A stretch of 64,000 bases of DNA. Source: a virus. Below, piece by piece: positions 1 through 10,403 of the stretch; within the stretch, counting starts at the first letter, position 1; each line of letters begins with the position of its first letter. A model generated the notes under the pieces. The model had not been told where the DNA came from and did no database searches. It was given only the letters and a program-made list of their open reading frames with translations. The stretch lies in IMG/VR virus record IMGVR_UViG_3300037294_000405, positions 64,001 through 128,000 of that record; one strand, given 5' to 3'. A program made the position numbers and the translations under genes.

Positions 1-67
1 GTAACCTAGTTAAGAGACTAAATATAATTAAAAAAAAACGAAGAAATTTTAAAACAATACAAATAAT

Positions 68-95
68 AAAAAACCATCTGAAAAGATGGTTTTTT
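68..95 (+). terminator. Intrinsic terminator
   Basis: AAAAAACCATCT-GAAA-AGATGGTTTTTT hairpin ending in a T run. Confidence 0.8.
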
Positions 96-173
96 ATTTA
101 CACCTATTTACAAAAAAAATTCATTTCCTATATTTATTCTTAAATGTTATAATACAAATAAATAAGTTTTAAA

Positions 174-1517
174 ATGGATAAAAAACCAAACGTGATTCCT
201 AGTAAGGAACAAATGAATGCCGCTGCTACAGAAAAAGCTAAATTAGAAGCGTATGAAACCGAAAAAGCTTTGGTTACTAATGAAGTATACGGTACTGCTA
301 TGGCACCAGAGGATACACCTTATGGTCATATGAATGCTGTTGAAATGATGCGTCAAAGAACTTTTAATCAATTACAGCAACAACAAGAAAGTGGTGTGGT
401 TCAAGACTCTTCATTAGCTGAAAAAACTGCTGCTAGTGTTTACGCTGAAGCGGCTCGTGAAAAAAATGAAGAACAAATGAGACTTCGTGATGAGCAGTTA
501 AGAATAAACAATGAAAATATTCAAAAATATCAACAGCAAGCTAATCAAGCTTCTGCTAGAGAAAATAAAAACCCAGAAACAAACACTGGTTTATATAATC
601 CAACACATAAAATGAACGAAAATACTCAAAGTACAGGTAATAACTATACTAATGATAACAACAATAGTAACAGTTATTATACCCCACCAACACCACCTAG
701 TGTTCCACCAGTAAATTTAAACCAAAATTTTGGTCAGAACCCTTCTAATATCGACCCTTATATTTTAGAGTTAAGTCAACCTAATTACAACGCACCATTT
801 GATGTGATTCCGTTACCTTCTAAAGGTAAAACTTATAGAAATAAAAAGGCTAATGTTAAATTAGCTTATATGACAACGGCAGATGAGAATATCCTTACTA
901 GTCCTAACTTATTACAAAGTGGTGAATTTTTAGAAATTTTAATCAACAGAAAAATACTAGACCCAGAATTGCGTTACAAAGACCTTTTACCAGGAGATAG
1001 AAACGCAATCATGATTTGGTTACGAGCAACTGGTTATGGTGAGATGTATCCAGTAACTTTGTTAGATGAAAACGATGTTCCTTTTGATACGGAGGTTAAT
1101 TTGAACGATTTAAAAACAAAAGAATGCGCAATTGAACCAGATGAGGATGGTTTATATTCTTTCGATTTACCGATAATGAAGGTAAATGTTAAATTTAAGT
1201 TGTTGACATGTGGAGAAATAGATGGTTTGGAAAAAACAATCACTGATGAAAAAGAAAAAGGTATTCCAGTAAACAATCTAACAACTTATAAGTTTGAAAG
1301 GATGATTAAGGAAGTTAATGGTTCTAGAGATAAAAATATGATTAGAGATTTCGCTAATATTATGAGAATTTCAGACGCAAAAGTATTGGATAATTATATT
1401 GAAGAATTAGAGAGTGGCATCGACTTAAATATTACGGTTGCGACCCCTGGAGGTGGGTCTGTGGCCACCTTTCTTCCACTTAACATCCAGTTTTTTTGGC
1501 CTAACTACAGAGTATAA
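174..1517 (+). CDS. Tail/baseplate-hub assembly chaperone (T4 gp26-like) with Q/N/P-rich N-terminal extension
   Basis: C-terminal half has DVIPLPSKG...YMTTADENILTSPNL...GDRNAIMIWLRATGYG...FFWP; lies upstream of the tape measure gene. Confidence 0.65.
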   Translation: MDKKPNVIPSKEQMNAAATEKAKLEAYETEKALVTNEVYGTAMAPEDTPYGHMNAVEMMRQRTFNQLQQQQESGVVQDSSLAEKTAASVYAEAAREKNEEQMRLRDEQLRINNENIQKYQQQANQASARENKNPETNTGLYNPTHKMNENTQSTGNNYTNDNNNSNSYYTPPTPPSVPPVNLNQNFGQNPSNIDPYILELSQPNYNAPFDVIPLPSKGKTYRNKKANVKLAYMTTADENILTSPNLLQSGEFLEILINRKILDPELRYKDLLPGDRNAIMIWLRATGYGEMYPVTLLDENDVPFDTEVNLNDLKTKECAIEPDEDGLYSFDLPIMKVNVKFKLLTCGEIDGLEKTITDEKEKGIPVNNLTTYKFERMIKEVNGSRDKNMIRDFANIMRISDAKVLDNYIEELESGIDLNITVATPGGGSVATFLPLNIQFFWPNYRV

Positions 1518-1776
1518 AATACCTTTATTAGAAGAAATATATATTTGTACACAATATTTAAAAGGTATGAGTTATAATGATGTTCTATCTATGCCTGTTT
1601 ATGAAAGACGATTCTTTTTAGGGTTGTTAACCAAAGAAAATAGGGAGAAAGAAGAACAAGTAGAAAAAATGAAAGAACAACAAAAAACAAAAGGTACCAA
1701 AGGTAATCGAACAACAAAGGTTAGCGGTGAAGGTCTTAAAAATAGAATGAAAAATGGGGATATACCATTAACATAA
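1492..1776 (+). CDS. Second tail-chaperone ORF (gp51/gpT-like), probably made as a frameshift extension of 174..1517
   Basis: GLTTEYK...YNDVLSMPVYERRFFL; overlaps the upstream gene in the +1 frame at a T7 run (1491-1497); the ORF-track start at 1438 is a TTG inside the upstream gene. Confidence 0.6.
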   Translation, partial: FFGLTTEYKIPLLEEIYICTQYLKGMSYNDVLSMPVYERRFFLGLLTKENREKEEQVEKMKEQQKTKGTKGNRTTKVSGEGLKNRMKNGDIPLT

Positions 1777-1777
1777 T

Positions 1778-1807
1778 AAAATACCCGCTTTTTTAGTGGG
1801 TATTTTT
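1778..1807 (+). terminator. Intrinsic terminator
   Basis: AAAATACCCGCT / AGTGGGTATTTT stem followed by T-rich sequence. Confidence 0.75.
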
Positions 1808-1818
1808 GTTTTATACGA

Positions 1819-1826
1819 TATTTATA
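1819..1826 (+). promoter_or_regulatory. Putative phage late promoter TATTTAT(A), representative copy
   Basis: Same heptamer sits just upstream of start codons at 131, 1819, 6172, 18072, 23028, 27095, 29108, 44471, 47185, 50007/50034, 53530 and on the minus strand at 55851-55857 and 57470-57476. Confidence 0.6.
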
Positions 1827-1839
1827 AACAAATAATAAA

Positions 1840-3309
1840 ATGATGAATAAAAAAATAAAAATAACAGAAGCACAATACAATCGATTAATCAATTTAATGG
1901 TTGAAACACCTTTTGATGTGATGACTAAATCTAGTATTCAAAACGGAGATGTGATATCTATTACGTGGAAAGGTAGTAAAAATAACTTTAAAGTTATTAA
2001 TAATGCTTCTGGTCAAATTACTATGGACAACATCGATAAAGGTTCCACCAATATTAATTATCGTTATTTTATGGTTTATACGTCTTTAGATGGTGATGAT
2101 TTGGAATTAAGAAGAGCACATAAAACAAAAGAAGCTGATAAATTAGATGACCAAAAAAAATGGGCAAACGTTACTGTTAAAGACATTACTGATATTCAAG
2201 TCATTAGAGACGGTAAAGTAATTGATAGAGTTGACCCAGTTTCACCTAGTGCAGCTAAACAACAAAAACAAGGTAATACTGGTACTACTGAGTCTAATGA
2301 TTTTATTACAGATATAAATAATAATTTAACAATAATCTTAGAACAATTAATTGAAGGGAAGGGATTGAAATTAATTTTAAATAACGCTGAAGTTATTTTT
2401 TGTTGTAACAAAAAAACGGGAGGTGTTTTTGATTTAGAAATAATCGAAAATAAATCGATACCAGAGCTAAATAAATGGCAAACTTTTGTTTTAGATATTA
2501 AGGGTAACCCTAATGATAGTGAAACATCTATTTACGAAGCAAACAAAGATATAGTAAAAACACCAGATAACGGAAAAACTTTTAGTCTAAAATTTAAAGT
2601 TATAACTAGCGATAAAGAATCTGAAGTTTGGGTTATTGGTGGTCAAGGAGTTGCTATCACAAAATCATGTGAAGATAAAACCGATGATGATATAGAAGAT
2701 AATGAAGAAGTTAACACCAAAGAAGAAGAAGAATTAAAATTGGACGCTAAAGAAGCTTTTGAAAAAATACTTGCTGACCCAATGATACAAAAAGCTTTTT
2801 ATTCACAACCAACATTTTGGCAATCATTCGTAGCTGAATTAAAAGGTAAAAAACATCCAGGAAATGGTATAATAACCGTTTTAAATATAGTTAAAAACTA
2901 TGAATACAAACAAATAATCGAACAGATTGGTGAAGGATTTAGCGATAAAAAAGGTGATATTGTAGAATTCAAACCTTTAAAACCAACAACGATTAATTAT
3001 AACGCACAAAAAGAAGGTCGTAAAGAATTTACATTACAAACATTAAAACCAACAGAGATTAAAACTTCTGCCGATAAAAGAGAAACGGGGTTGGTTTTGG
3101 AGGTTAACTTACCTCAAGACCCAAATTATATTTTAAGGGTTATTGTTGATGGTAAAACCGAAACTGAAAACATAAAAGAATGTAGGTTAATAATAGGTAG
3201 ATTAACTAGTAATAACGTTTTTACCGCTGTTAGTAAACCAATAACTACCGAATTAGAGTTTTTAAATTCAGATGGGTATAAGATTCCAAAAAAAGAAAAT
3301 ATTAATTAA
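1840..3309 (+). CDS. Hypothetical protein, possible internal virion protein
   Basis: 489 aa ORF with own TATTTATA motif; N-terminal KKIKITEAQYNRLINLMVE leader. Confidence 0.6.
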   Translation: MMNKKIKITEAQYNRLINLMVETPFDVMTKSSIQNGDVISITWKGSKNNFKVINNASGQITMDNIDKGSTNINYRYFMVYTSLDGDDLELRRAHKTKEADKLDDQKKWANVTVKDITDIQVIRDGKVIDRVDPVSPSAAKQQKQGNTGTTESNDFITDINNNLTIILEQLIEGKGLKLILNNAEVIFCCNKKTGGVFDLEIIENKSIPELNKWQTFVLDIKGNPNDSETSIYEANKDIVKTPDNGKTFSLKFKVITSDKESEVWVIGGQGVAITKSCEDKTDDDIEDNEEVNTKEEEELKLDAKEAFEKILADPMIQKAFYSQPTFWQSFVAELKGKKHPGNGIITVLNIVKNYEYKQIIEQIGEGFSDKKGDIVEFKPLKPTTINYNAQKEGRKEFTLQTLKPTEIKTSADKRETGLVLEVNLPQDPNYILRVIVDGKTETENIKECRLIIGRLTSNNVFTAVSKPITTELEFLNSDGYKIPKKENIN

Positions 3310-3311
3310 TT

Positions 3312-5915
3312 ATGACTCCAGCAGAGATTAAACAACTTACCGAAGAGCTTACTAAACAAGCTAAGATACAACAACAAATTGGTCAATCCATTGAATCTTA
3401 TATGAGTGGAATGGATGAATATAAAAGAACTTTAAAGGAGATTAATAAAAACAAACAGCGTGAAATTGAGTTACAAAAATTAACAACTGTTGGTACCCAA
3501 AAGGAAAAAGATATAGCTAATATAAAACTTCAAGTATTACAGGACCAAACAGAGGAACTTGAAAAACAAAGTAGAATAATGGGTGGTGCTTTAGCTTCCG
3601 TCAATAAAAAATCTTTGGCTGGTGCTAAATTAATGGGTGATGCCGCAAAAGGTTTAGGTAAAGCTTTTGTTAATTTACCTGGAATGATTCAGTCGGCATA
3701 CGGCAAAATTAAAGGTTCAGGTTTATTTGAAATGGAGAAGGAGATTAAAAAATCTGCTTTATCCATGGGTGTTTTATCTAAACAAAGTGATTCTTTTAGA
3801 ACTACAATAGTCAATGCAGCTAAAGAAACCGCTATGATTGGTATAGGTGTCAAGGAATTGTCTCAAATGCAATCAGCTTATAGTGAAGAATTAGGTAGAA
3901 CGGTTACTTTAAGTAAAGAAGGCTTGGTTGCTATGGGTCAAATGGCTGTGGTTACTGGTTTAGGTGCGGAAGGTGCGGCTAAGATGTCGGCTGAAATGGA
4001 AAATCAAGGTTTATCCGCTGAAAGAACTGGTGCGTATGTTGAACAAACATTGAATGATGCTAGTGCTATGGGTATCAACGCAACCAAGGTTATGAAAAAC
4101 ATAGCCAACAACACAAAAATGCTTAATCGTTACAACTTCAAAGATGGTGTAAAAGGTTTAACTAAAATGGCTTCTCTTGTAACTAAATTAGGTGTAGATA
4201 TGGAATTTGCGTCTGGTTTTGCTGATAAATTATTTGATATCGAGGGAGCTGTTGATATGTCTGCTCAATTGCAAGTTATGGGTGGTGAATGGTCTAAGAT
4301 GGCTGACCCATTTCATTTGATGTACATGGCTAGAAATGATATGGCTGGTTTAACTGAAGAAATAGCTAAAGCTGCTTCTTCTTCTGCTACATTTAACACA
4401 ACAACTAAAGAATTTGAATTGGGTTCTATGGAAATGCATAGACTTAGAGTTATTGCGGAACAGACTGGTATATCTTACGATGAACTAGCTACAGCTGGAA
4501 AAAATGCAGCTAAATTTACAAAAATTAAAGGTCAAGTAAGTTTTACCATGGATGAGGATGAAAAAGAATTTTTAGCCAATACAGCTAAACTTGATGAAAA
4601 CGGTAAAGCTAGAATTGAAGTTGAAATTGGTGGGACACCAAAGTTATTAAGTCAGTTAACTAGTGCTGATAGAGAAGCTATAAAAAGCAGAATCACGGAA
4701 CAAGCTACTATGAAAGAAAGAGCTGAACAATCTATAACTTTTGATGAACAAATAAGTTTTTTAATAAATCAATTAAAAGTATTTATATTGCCATTGGTTC
4801 AAACAATGAATGAAAAACTTATTCCTAAATTAAGAGACTTAAGCGATAAATTCACAGGTAAAGGTGGTTGGGGGAAAAAAGTTGAGAAATTTGCTGAAGT
4901 TGTTGGTGAGATGGTTTCAGCTATTGGTGGGTTTATTATTGATAACCCTATTATGTCAGCAATGATTTATGGTGCTACTACATTTGGTGGTATGTTCTTC
5001 GATGCGGCTAAATGGTTACTTAACGGTATTGCATTGGCTAAAGGGTTTAATATGGCAGCTAGTATGGGTGGTGGTGATAGTGACCCAACAGATGGTGTTG
5101 AAAGTGTTTTAGATAAATTTGGTAAAAAAATATTTAATCAAAAAATAACAGGTGCTGCCGCAAAAACAAGTAAAGGTATGGCGGGTAATTTTAAAGGTGG
5201 ACTTAAAAGTTTTGGTGGTGTTGGTGCTAGTATTTTAGCTGGTGGTTTAGCTGCATGGGGTGAATGGAGTGAAAACGCTGAAAAAGGTATGGATAAAAGT
5301 GAAAACACTGGAAGAACTGCCACTAAAGGTGCTGGTGCTGGTTTAGGAGCATGGGGTGGTGCCGCTGCTGGTGCCGCTATTGGTTCTGCTTTTCCTATTG
5401 TTGGGACTATTATTGGTGGTCTTATTGGCGCTGCTCTAGGTGGTTTTGCTGGTGGTGCTTTAGGTGAAGCTGGTGGTGACGCAATATATGGTGATGAAGA
5501 TAGAATGACCAGACCATTAAATGATGGTATAATAGGTGGAATGGGTAGCTCTCCTTTATCTGGTATGTTAGGTTCTGCTATTAGTTCGTCTAGTAATATG
5601 TTAGGTTCTGATTTTTCTAAAGGTAGAGGGATAATACAAGGTGGTAAAATAACACCAATTGATAATAAAGACGATTTGTTGGCTATGAAACCTGGAGGTG
5701 CTATTGATAAAACTTCTAAATCACAAGGTAGTAATGTGGTTACACATTCATTTGGTAATATAAACATAAACGGTGAAATATTATTAAAAAGTCCAGGAAA
5801 TAATCCTGGAGAAGCAGTAGACTTATTAAAAGACGCTTCTTTCAAAAGAGATATATCCAGGATTATTCAAGTTGAACTTGAAAAGAATAGAAATGGTGGT
5901 AAAAATAAAGCATAA
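3312..5915 (+). CDS. Tail tape measure protein
   Basis: 867 aa, helical A/G/M-rich, glycine-zipper C-terminal region (GAGLGAWGGAAAGAAIG), between chaperone and baseplate genes. Confidence 0.8.
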   Translation: MTPAEIKQLTEELTKQAKIQQQIGQSIESYMSGMDEYKRTLKEINKNKQREIELQKLTTVGTQKEKDIANIKLQVLQDQTEELEKQSRIMGGALASVNKKSLAGAKLMGDAAKGLGKAFVNLPGMIQSAYGKIKGSGLFEMEKEIKKSALSMGVLSKQSDSFRTTIVNAAKETAMIGIGVKELSQMQSAYSEELGRTVTLSKEGLVAMGQMAVVTGLGAEGAAKMSAEMENQGLSAERTGAYVEQTLNDASAMGINATKVMKNIANNTKMLNRYNFKDGVKGLTKMASLVTKLGVDMEFASGFADKLFDIEGAVDMSAQLQVMGGEWSKMADPFHLMYMARNDMAGLTEEIAKAASSSATFNTTTKEFELGSMEMHRLRVIAEQTGISYDELATAGKNAAKFTKIKGQVSFTMDEDEKEFLANTAKLDENGKARIEVEIGGTPKLLSQLTSADREAIKSRITEQATMKERAEQSITFDEQISFLINQLKVFILPLVQTMNEKLIPKLRDLSDKFTGKGGWGKKVEKFAEVVGEMVSAIGGFIIDNPIMSAMIYGATTFGGMFFDAAKWLLNGIALAKGFNMAASMGGGDSDPTDGVESVLDKFGKKIFNQKITGAAAKTSKGMAGNFKGGLKSFGGVGASILAGGLAAWGEWSENAEKGMDKSENTGRTATKGAGAGLGAWGGAAAGAAIGSAFPIVGTIIGGLIGAALGGFAGGALGEAGGDAIYGDEDRMTRPLNDGIIGGMGSSPLSGMLGSAISSSSNMLGSDFSKGRGIIQGGKITPIDNKDDLLAMKPGGAIDKTSKSQGSNVVTHSFGNININGEILLKSPGNNPGEAVDLLKDASFKRDISRIIQVELEKNRNGGKNKA

Positions 5916-5971
5916 TTATAGTTGATAATCAACAAGTTATGTTTTTTATTAAAAATTAATGTTATAATCAC

Positions 5972-6002
5972 TTGACTTTGTGGTATAAAAACCGTATTTT
6001 TG
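5972..6002 (+). promoter_or_regulatory. Bacteroidota primary-sigma-type promoter
   Basis: TTG (5972-5974), 20 nt spacer, TATTTTTG (5995-6002) matching TAnnTTTG. Confidence 0.65.
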
Positions 6003-6020
6003 TATAAATAAAAAGTATTA

Positions 6021-6060
6021 TATATATTATTATATATTATTATATATTATTATATATTAT
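6021..6060. repeat. Tandem repeat (TATATATTAT)x4
   Basis: Four exact 10-bp copies inside a pure A/T tract. Confidence 0.95.
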
Positions 6061-6091
6061 TATAAATATTTAATTATAATATAAATTAATT

Positions 6092-6116
6092 AAAGACACG
6101 TATTGTGTCTTTTTTT
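6092..6116 (+). terminator. Intrinsic terminator
   Basis: AAAGACACG-TAT-TGTGTCTTT plus T run. Confidence 0.75.
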
Positions 6117-6194
6117 ATTTGACCTTCTTTTACAATAAGCATTTATTTTATCAAAATTTTTATTAGTATAGTATTTATATATAAATAAATAACT

Positions 6195-9100
6195 ATGCCA
6201 ATTTTTTATAATACTTCAGCCCCTACACCAACAACTAAAAATACTATTACAGATGTTGCAACTAACTATGGTATTAGGGACTTCTTATTGAACTTAAATC
6301 TACTACCAACTTACCCACAGATATCAACTTCATTGAATGGTAGTCCTAAGATTGGTGAGCCAGTATTAGACACACTTGTCAATAACGGTAGTAATGTTAT
6401 TCCATTATATTTGCCTTTGGAAACAAATGGTATTTTATTCAAGGATTTAAACATTAACATCAACACATTTCAAAACGGTTCTTCAACTGCAAATGCTTTA
6501 ACTGATATAAATTACATTAGTGCAATACCTAACGTTAATTTTCCAAATAGTGTTTGGCCACAAGGTACTCAAAATTATCCAACTACAGCTAATCAAGATG
6601 TAAATGATTACGGATTGATTGGTAAAACTATTGATGGACAATTTAGAAAGAAAAACGTAATAAAAAATTTATATTTAGATGTTTCTAAACAAATAGATAT
6701 GGCTGATTTCATCAACCTAAACCCATTAGATATAACTCAACAAGTTTCTGGTTATTTAGACACTTATGGTGGTTTAAATTTAGGTGGTAGTGGTGCTATT
6801 CAAGCTGCAAATGTTATCGGTAGCGTTATAAGTGGTCAAGGATTAGGTTTTAGTAAAGGCGGTGTAGTACCTAATTTTGATATTAGGTCTTCGTTAGCTG
6901 GTAGAATATTAGGCGCTACAGGTATTGTAAAAGATACCAAGCTAGGAAACATAGGTGGACAACAATTGGCTTTGGCTTTAGCTAATAACGCTGCTTTTAA
7001 TGTTCAACAAGAAATACTTGGTTCATTAAACGTTAAAAATAATATACTTAGTCTTATAAAAGGTGACGGTTTGGTTGGTTTAAGGCCAAGCTACAAAATT
7101 ACTATACCTAAAAGTGGTGGTGGTAGGATATTAGACACTGCTGGTAAAATATTAGGGTTTACAATACCTAGAAGTTATTTAGAACCAGAGGGTTCTATTT
7201 TTCAAACAGAAAATAATGGAGCTGGTAACATTGAACGAGCTAACTCTATGATTCTAAACACAGGTAAAGGTCAAATAGAAACCCTTTTAAAAAACATTAA
7301 AGCAAATCAAATAGGGACTAACGCTGGAGGTTCTGATAACCCTTCTAAATCTTTATTTAGAAGCGGATACGCACCAGCTTTCGCAAATAACAAAGGTCAA
7401 ACGCAAATCACCGATGCTTTGGTTTATGCTTTTAGTAAAAATGGTGCTAAAATAAATTTATTTAGCTCTACTGATGGTATTGCTGATTTAAGTTATTTAA
7501 GAGAAGAAAAAGTCAGTGGTGATGGATTTAAAAGTCCAGAAGAAAACTTTACTGGTACTTATCAAGTTTATGACTCGGTTAATGATAGAATCAAATTCAT
7601 ATCTAATTCTGGTTATGATGAAAGAAAAATTAGTGATGTTGGTTTCACATGGACTAGTAATTCTAGTAGTAAGTCAGTAAACGCTAGAGCGGATTATGAC
7701 GGAATGACTGGTGATAAAAAATCACTATTAGTTAAAACACAAATATTATTTAATAGTATTGGTATGAAAAATGTTATTTCCAGAAAAGGAGATATGAATA
7801 AACAGTCAACACAAATACAAACAGCTAACGGTAAAGGTTTTTCTAAAGGTAACGCTGTATTACAAGAAGGGTTATTCGATTTATCAACAGGTAGATATAG
7901 TGGAGGTACTTATAGTGCTGAAGATACCTATTGTAGAAGTTGGACAACATTAGATAGGTACGATACCGTGTCCAAAATGGTTAGAAGTCACGGTTTATGG
8001 GATTCAAATAATGTACCGTACAGATTAAATTCAGAAAATTCAATATTAGATGAGTATGGTTTTCCAAAAATAGCTCCTTACGCCAACGCACCAAGTGACC
8101 CTAAAAAATTTATGTTTTCTATAGAAAACTTAGCGTGGAGTGATGAATATGAAAATTTACCAGAATGTGAAGTTGGTCCAGGAGATTTATTATCTGGTAA
8201 AAAAGGTAGAATTATGTGGTTTCCACCATATGATATACAGTTTAGTGAAAATAACAGCGTTAGCTGGGAAGCTAATAATTTTATAGGTAGAGGTGAATCG
8301 GTATATACATATAACAATACTGAAAGAAGTGGTAACTTATCGTTTAAGATAGTTGTCGACCACCCAAGCTACGTAAATTCTTTTAGGGGTTCAAGTGGAC
8401 CAGATGACCATTATATTAATTCATTTTGGGCTGGTTGTATTGACCCAAATAGTGAAATGGGTAAAAAACTAACAGTTAGTGAAAGAAGTGTTTCAACCCC
8501 AGATGATTTAACAATACCAGTTAAGAAAAATCCAACACCAGAAAAACCACCAGGACCTTTATCTGTTTATTTCCCTAATGATAATTCAGAAATATACAAA
8601 CCATATGAAAATGGTTTAATGTCTGCTTCAACTACACCTATTGATTATTTAATTAATAAAAATGGCGCTGGTGAAGGTTTGGGTTCTTATAAAGCTGATT
8701 TTACACCTGGTAATCATAATAATAGTAAATTAAGTGATGGTGAAGGTTGGCCAGACAGGTATGATTATGGTTTAAATTATTCACAATCTGGTGCTTCTGG
8801 TAGTTTAGAAACAAAAACAACCCTTGTTGGTGCTGATGATTTTGAAATTAGAGGTTATTTTGACCCTAATACTGATGTTTTTATTATAAAACATTTAACT
8901 GAGGTTTGTCCACATTGTGTTGCTACAATAACTGGTTATGCTAGTCAACAAGGTAGTCCAGTTTATAATGAAAAACTAGCTAAATCTAGAGCAGAAAAAA
9001 TTAAAGAAGATATTAAACAAAAATGGTGGCCAAGTATTAAAGCTGCTTTACCAAAATTAACTGAATCAGATTTTGATAAACGTTTTAAAATTGGTGAAAC

Positions 9101-10394
9101 AAAACAATTAACTGGTACTGGTTGTAAAAAATGCCCACCAAATGTAAGCAATAAAGATAGAGATATTTTATGTCCTAACGATACGTTGCAGTGTAAACAA
9201 GATAGACGTGCAACTATTAATTTCGAGTATAGCAGTCAAATGGCAGAAGATGAAATGGCTACACCACCACCAATAATTAAAAAAAGGACTAAAACTATAA
9301 ATACAACTATAACAAATAGATTTTATACTGAATGTAATTATTTTGAACAATTAACCTATAGCGACCCTTTTGTGTTTGATAGTTTTAGAGAAAAAATTCG
9401 TTATTTTCACCCAGCCTTCCACTCAACAACACCAGAAGGTTTAAACTCTAGGTTAACGTTTTTACTACAGTGTACCAGACAAGGTAAAACTAAAGAAGAC
9501 CAAGGCGCTAATAATTTAGCTTTTGGTAGAGCTCCAGTTTGTATACTTAGAATAGGTGATTTTTACAATACAAAAATTATTATCGATAGTATTAATATTG
9601 ATTACGAACCATTGGTTTGGGACCTTAACCCAGAAGGTATAGGTGTACAACCTATGATAGCAAATGTTAGTATGTCTTTTAAATTTATAGGTGGTTCAAC
9701 ACTTATGGGACCATTAAATAAATTACAAAATGCGTTATCATTTAATTATTTTGCTAACTCACAAGTTTATGACCCTAGAGCTGATTATATTTCAAAGGAT
9801 AAACCATTAAGAAAAGATAAAGACGGTAACGATTTAGCTGATGCACCATATTATCTTAATAATTTAATTGATGAGCCACCATACAATGGAAGTGTTAAAG
9901 CTTATATTGAGGGAGGTACAGCTACAAATGAAACAATAACCGATAACACACCAGAAATCGACCAAGAAAAAGCGGCTGAACAAGCTTCTGTAGCTTTTGG
10001 ACCACAACAATCTCCCGCACCACAACCAACAACAATTGAAAAAATAGAGTGTATTGATATAAAAGTAGATGGTGTTAAAATTGGTAATGATTTTAATGGT
10101 TTATGTATATTAACTTTTAAGGCAGACAATTTAATAAAAGATTATGATTATAGAGTTACACTTTATGATGCTAAAAACACAGCAATAGAACTTGGTATTG
10201 GTAAATTAATAAAAACAGAAGCGACACCATTACCCATACCATATCTTAACGCTTTTGAGTTTCCAACTCAAAAGCGAGAATTTGTTGCTCAATTTAATTA
10301 TTTATTTAAAAGAAGTACGTATAATGAATATGTTTTTAAAATTGATGTTATTGGTAAAACAACAATAAATATAACTAAAGAAATTATTATTTAA
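6195..10394 (+). CDS. Baseplate / tail-tube initiator-like protein with inserted OmpA-like peptidoglycan-binding domain
   Basis: Tube-initiator-type motifs FPPYDIQFSE...IGRGESVYTYNNTERS and APVCILRIGD...PMIANVSMSFKFIG flank VYFPND...TGYAS...YNEKLAKSRA...DRR. Confidence 0.6.
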   Translation: MPIFYNTSAPTPTTKNTITDVATNYGIRDFLLNLNLLPTYPQISTSLNGSPKIGEPVLDTLVNNGSNVIPLYLPLETNGILFKDLNININTFQNGSSTANALTDINYISAIPNVNFPNSVWPQGTQNYPTTANQDVNDYGLIGKTIDGQFRKKNVIKNLYLDVSKQIDMADFINLNPLDITQQVSGYLDTYGGLNLGGSGAIQAANVIGSVISGQGLGFSKGGVVPNFDIRSSLAGRILGATGIVKDTKLGNIGGQQLALALANNAAFNVQQEILGSLNVKNNILSLIKGDGLVGLRPSYKITIPKSGGGRILDTAGKILGFTIPRSYLEPEGSIFQTENNGAGNIERANSMILNTGKGQIETLLKNIKANQIGTNAGGSDNPSKSLFRSGYAPAFANNKGQTQITDALVYAFSKNGAKINLFSSTDGIADLSYLREEKVSGDGFKSPEENFTGTYQVYDSVNDRIKFISNSGYDERKISDVGFTWTSNSSSKSVNARADYDGMTGDKKSLLVKTQILFNSIGMKNVISRKGDMNKQSTQIQTANGKGFSKGNAVLQEGLFDLSTGRYSGGTYSAEDTYCRSWTTLDRYDTVSKMVRSHGLWDSNNVPYRLNSENSILDEYGFPKIAPYANAPSDPKKFMFSIENLAWSDEYENLPECEVGPGDLLSGKKGRIMWFPPYDIQFSENNSVSWEANNFIGRGESVYTYNNTERSGNLSFKIVVDHPSYVNSFRGSSGPDDHYINSFWAGCIDPNSEMGKKLTVSERSVSTPDDLTIPVKKNPTPEKPPGPLSVYFPNDNSEIYKPYENGLMSASTTPIDYLINKNGAGEGLGSYKADFTPGNHNNSKLSDGEGWPDRYDYGLNYSQSGASGSLETKTTLVGADDFEIRGYFDPNTDVFIIKHLTEVCPHCVATITGYASQQGSPVYNEKLAKSRAEKIKEDIKQKWWPSIKAALPKLTESDFDKRFKIGETKQLTGTGCKKCPPNVSNKDRDILCPNDTLQCKQDRRATINFEYSSQMAEDEMATPPPIIKKRTKTINTTITNRFYTECNYFEQLTYSDPFVFDSFREKIRYFHPAFHSTTPEGLNSRLTFLLQCTRQGKTKEDQGANNLAFGRAPVCILRIGDFYNTKIIIDSINIDYEPLVWDLNPEGIGVQPMIANVSMSFKFIGGSTLMGPLNKLQNALSFNYFANSQVYDPRADYISKDKPLRKDKDGNDLADAPYYLNNLIDEPPYNGSVKAYIEGGTATNETITDNTPEIDQEKAAEQASVAFGPQQSPAPQPTTIEKIECIDIKVDGVKIGNDFNGLCILTFKADNLIKDYDYRVTLYDAKNTAIELGIGKLIKTEATPLPIPYLNAFEFPTQKREFVAQFNYLFKRSTYNEYVFKIDVIGKTTINITKEIII

Positions 10395-10403
10395 TATATA
10401 ATT

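Noticed and set aside
5138-5845. 235-aa minus-strand ORF
   Set aside because: Pro/Ala-rich antisense shadow of the Gly/Ala-rich tape measure codons; no promoter or motif
5918-5947. Xer/dif-like site (GTTGATAA-TCAACAAG-TTATGTT)
   Set aside because: Only partial resemblance, 8-nt centre, poor right arm and no recombinase in the window; kept only as a palindrome
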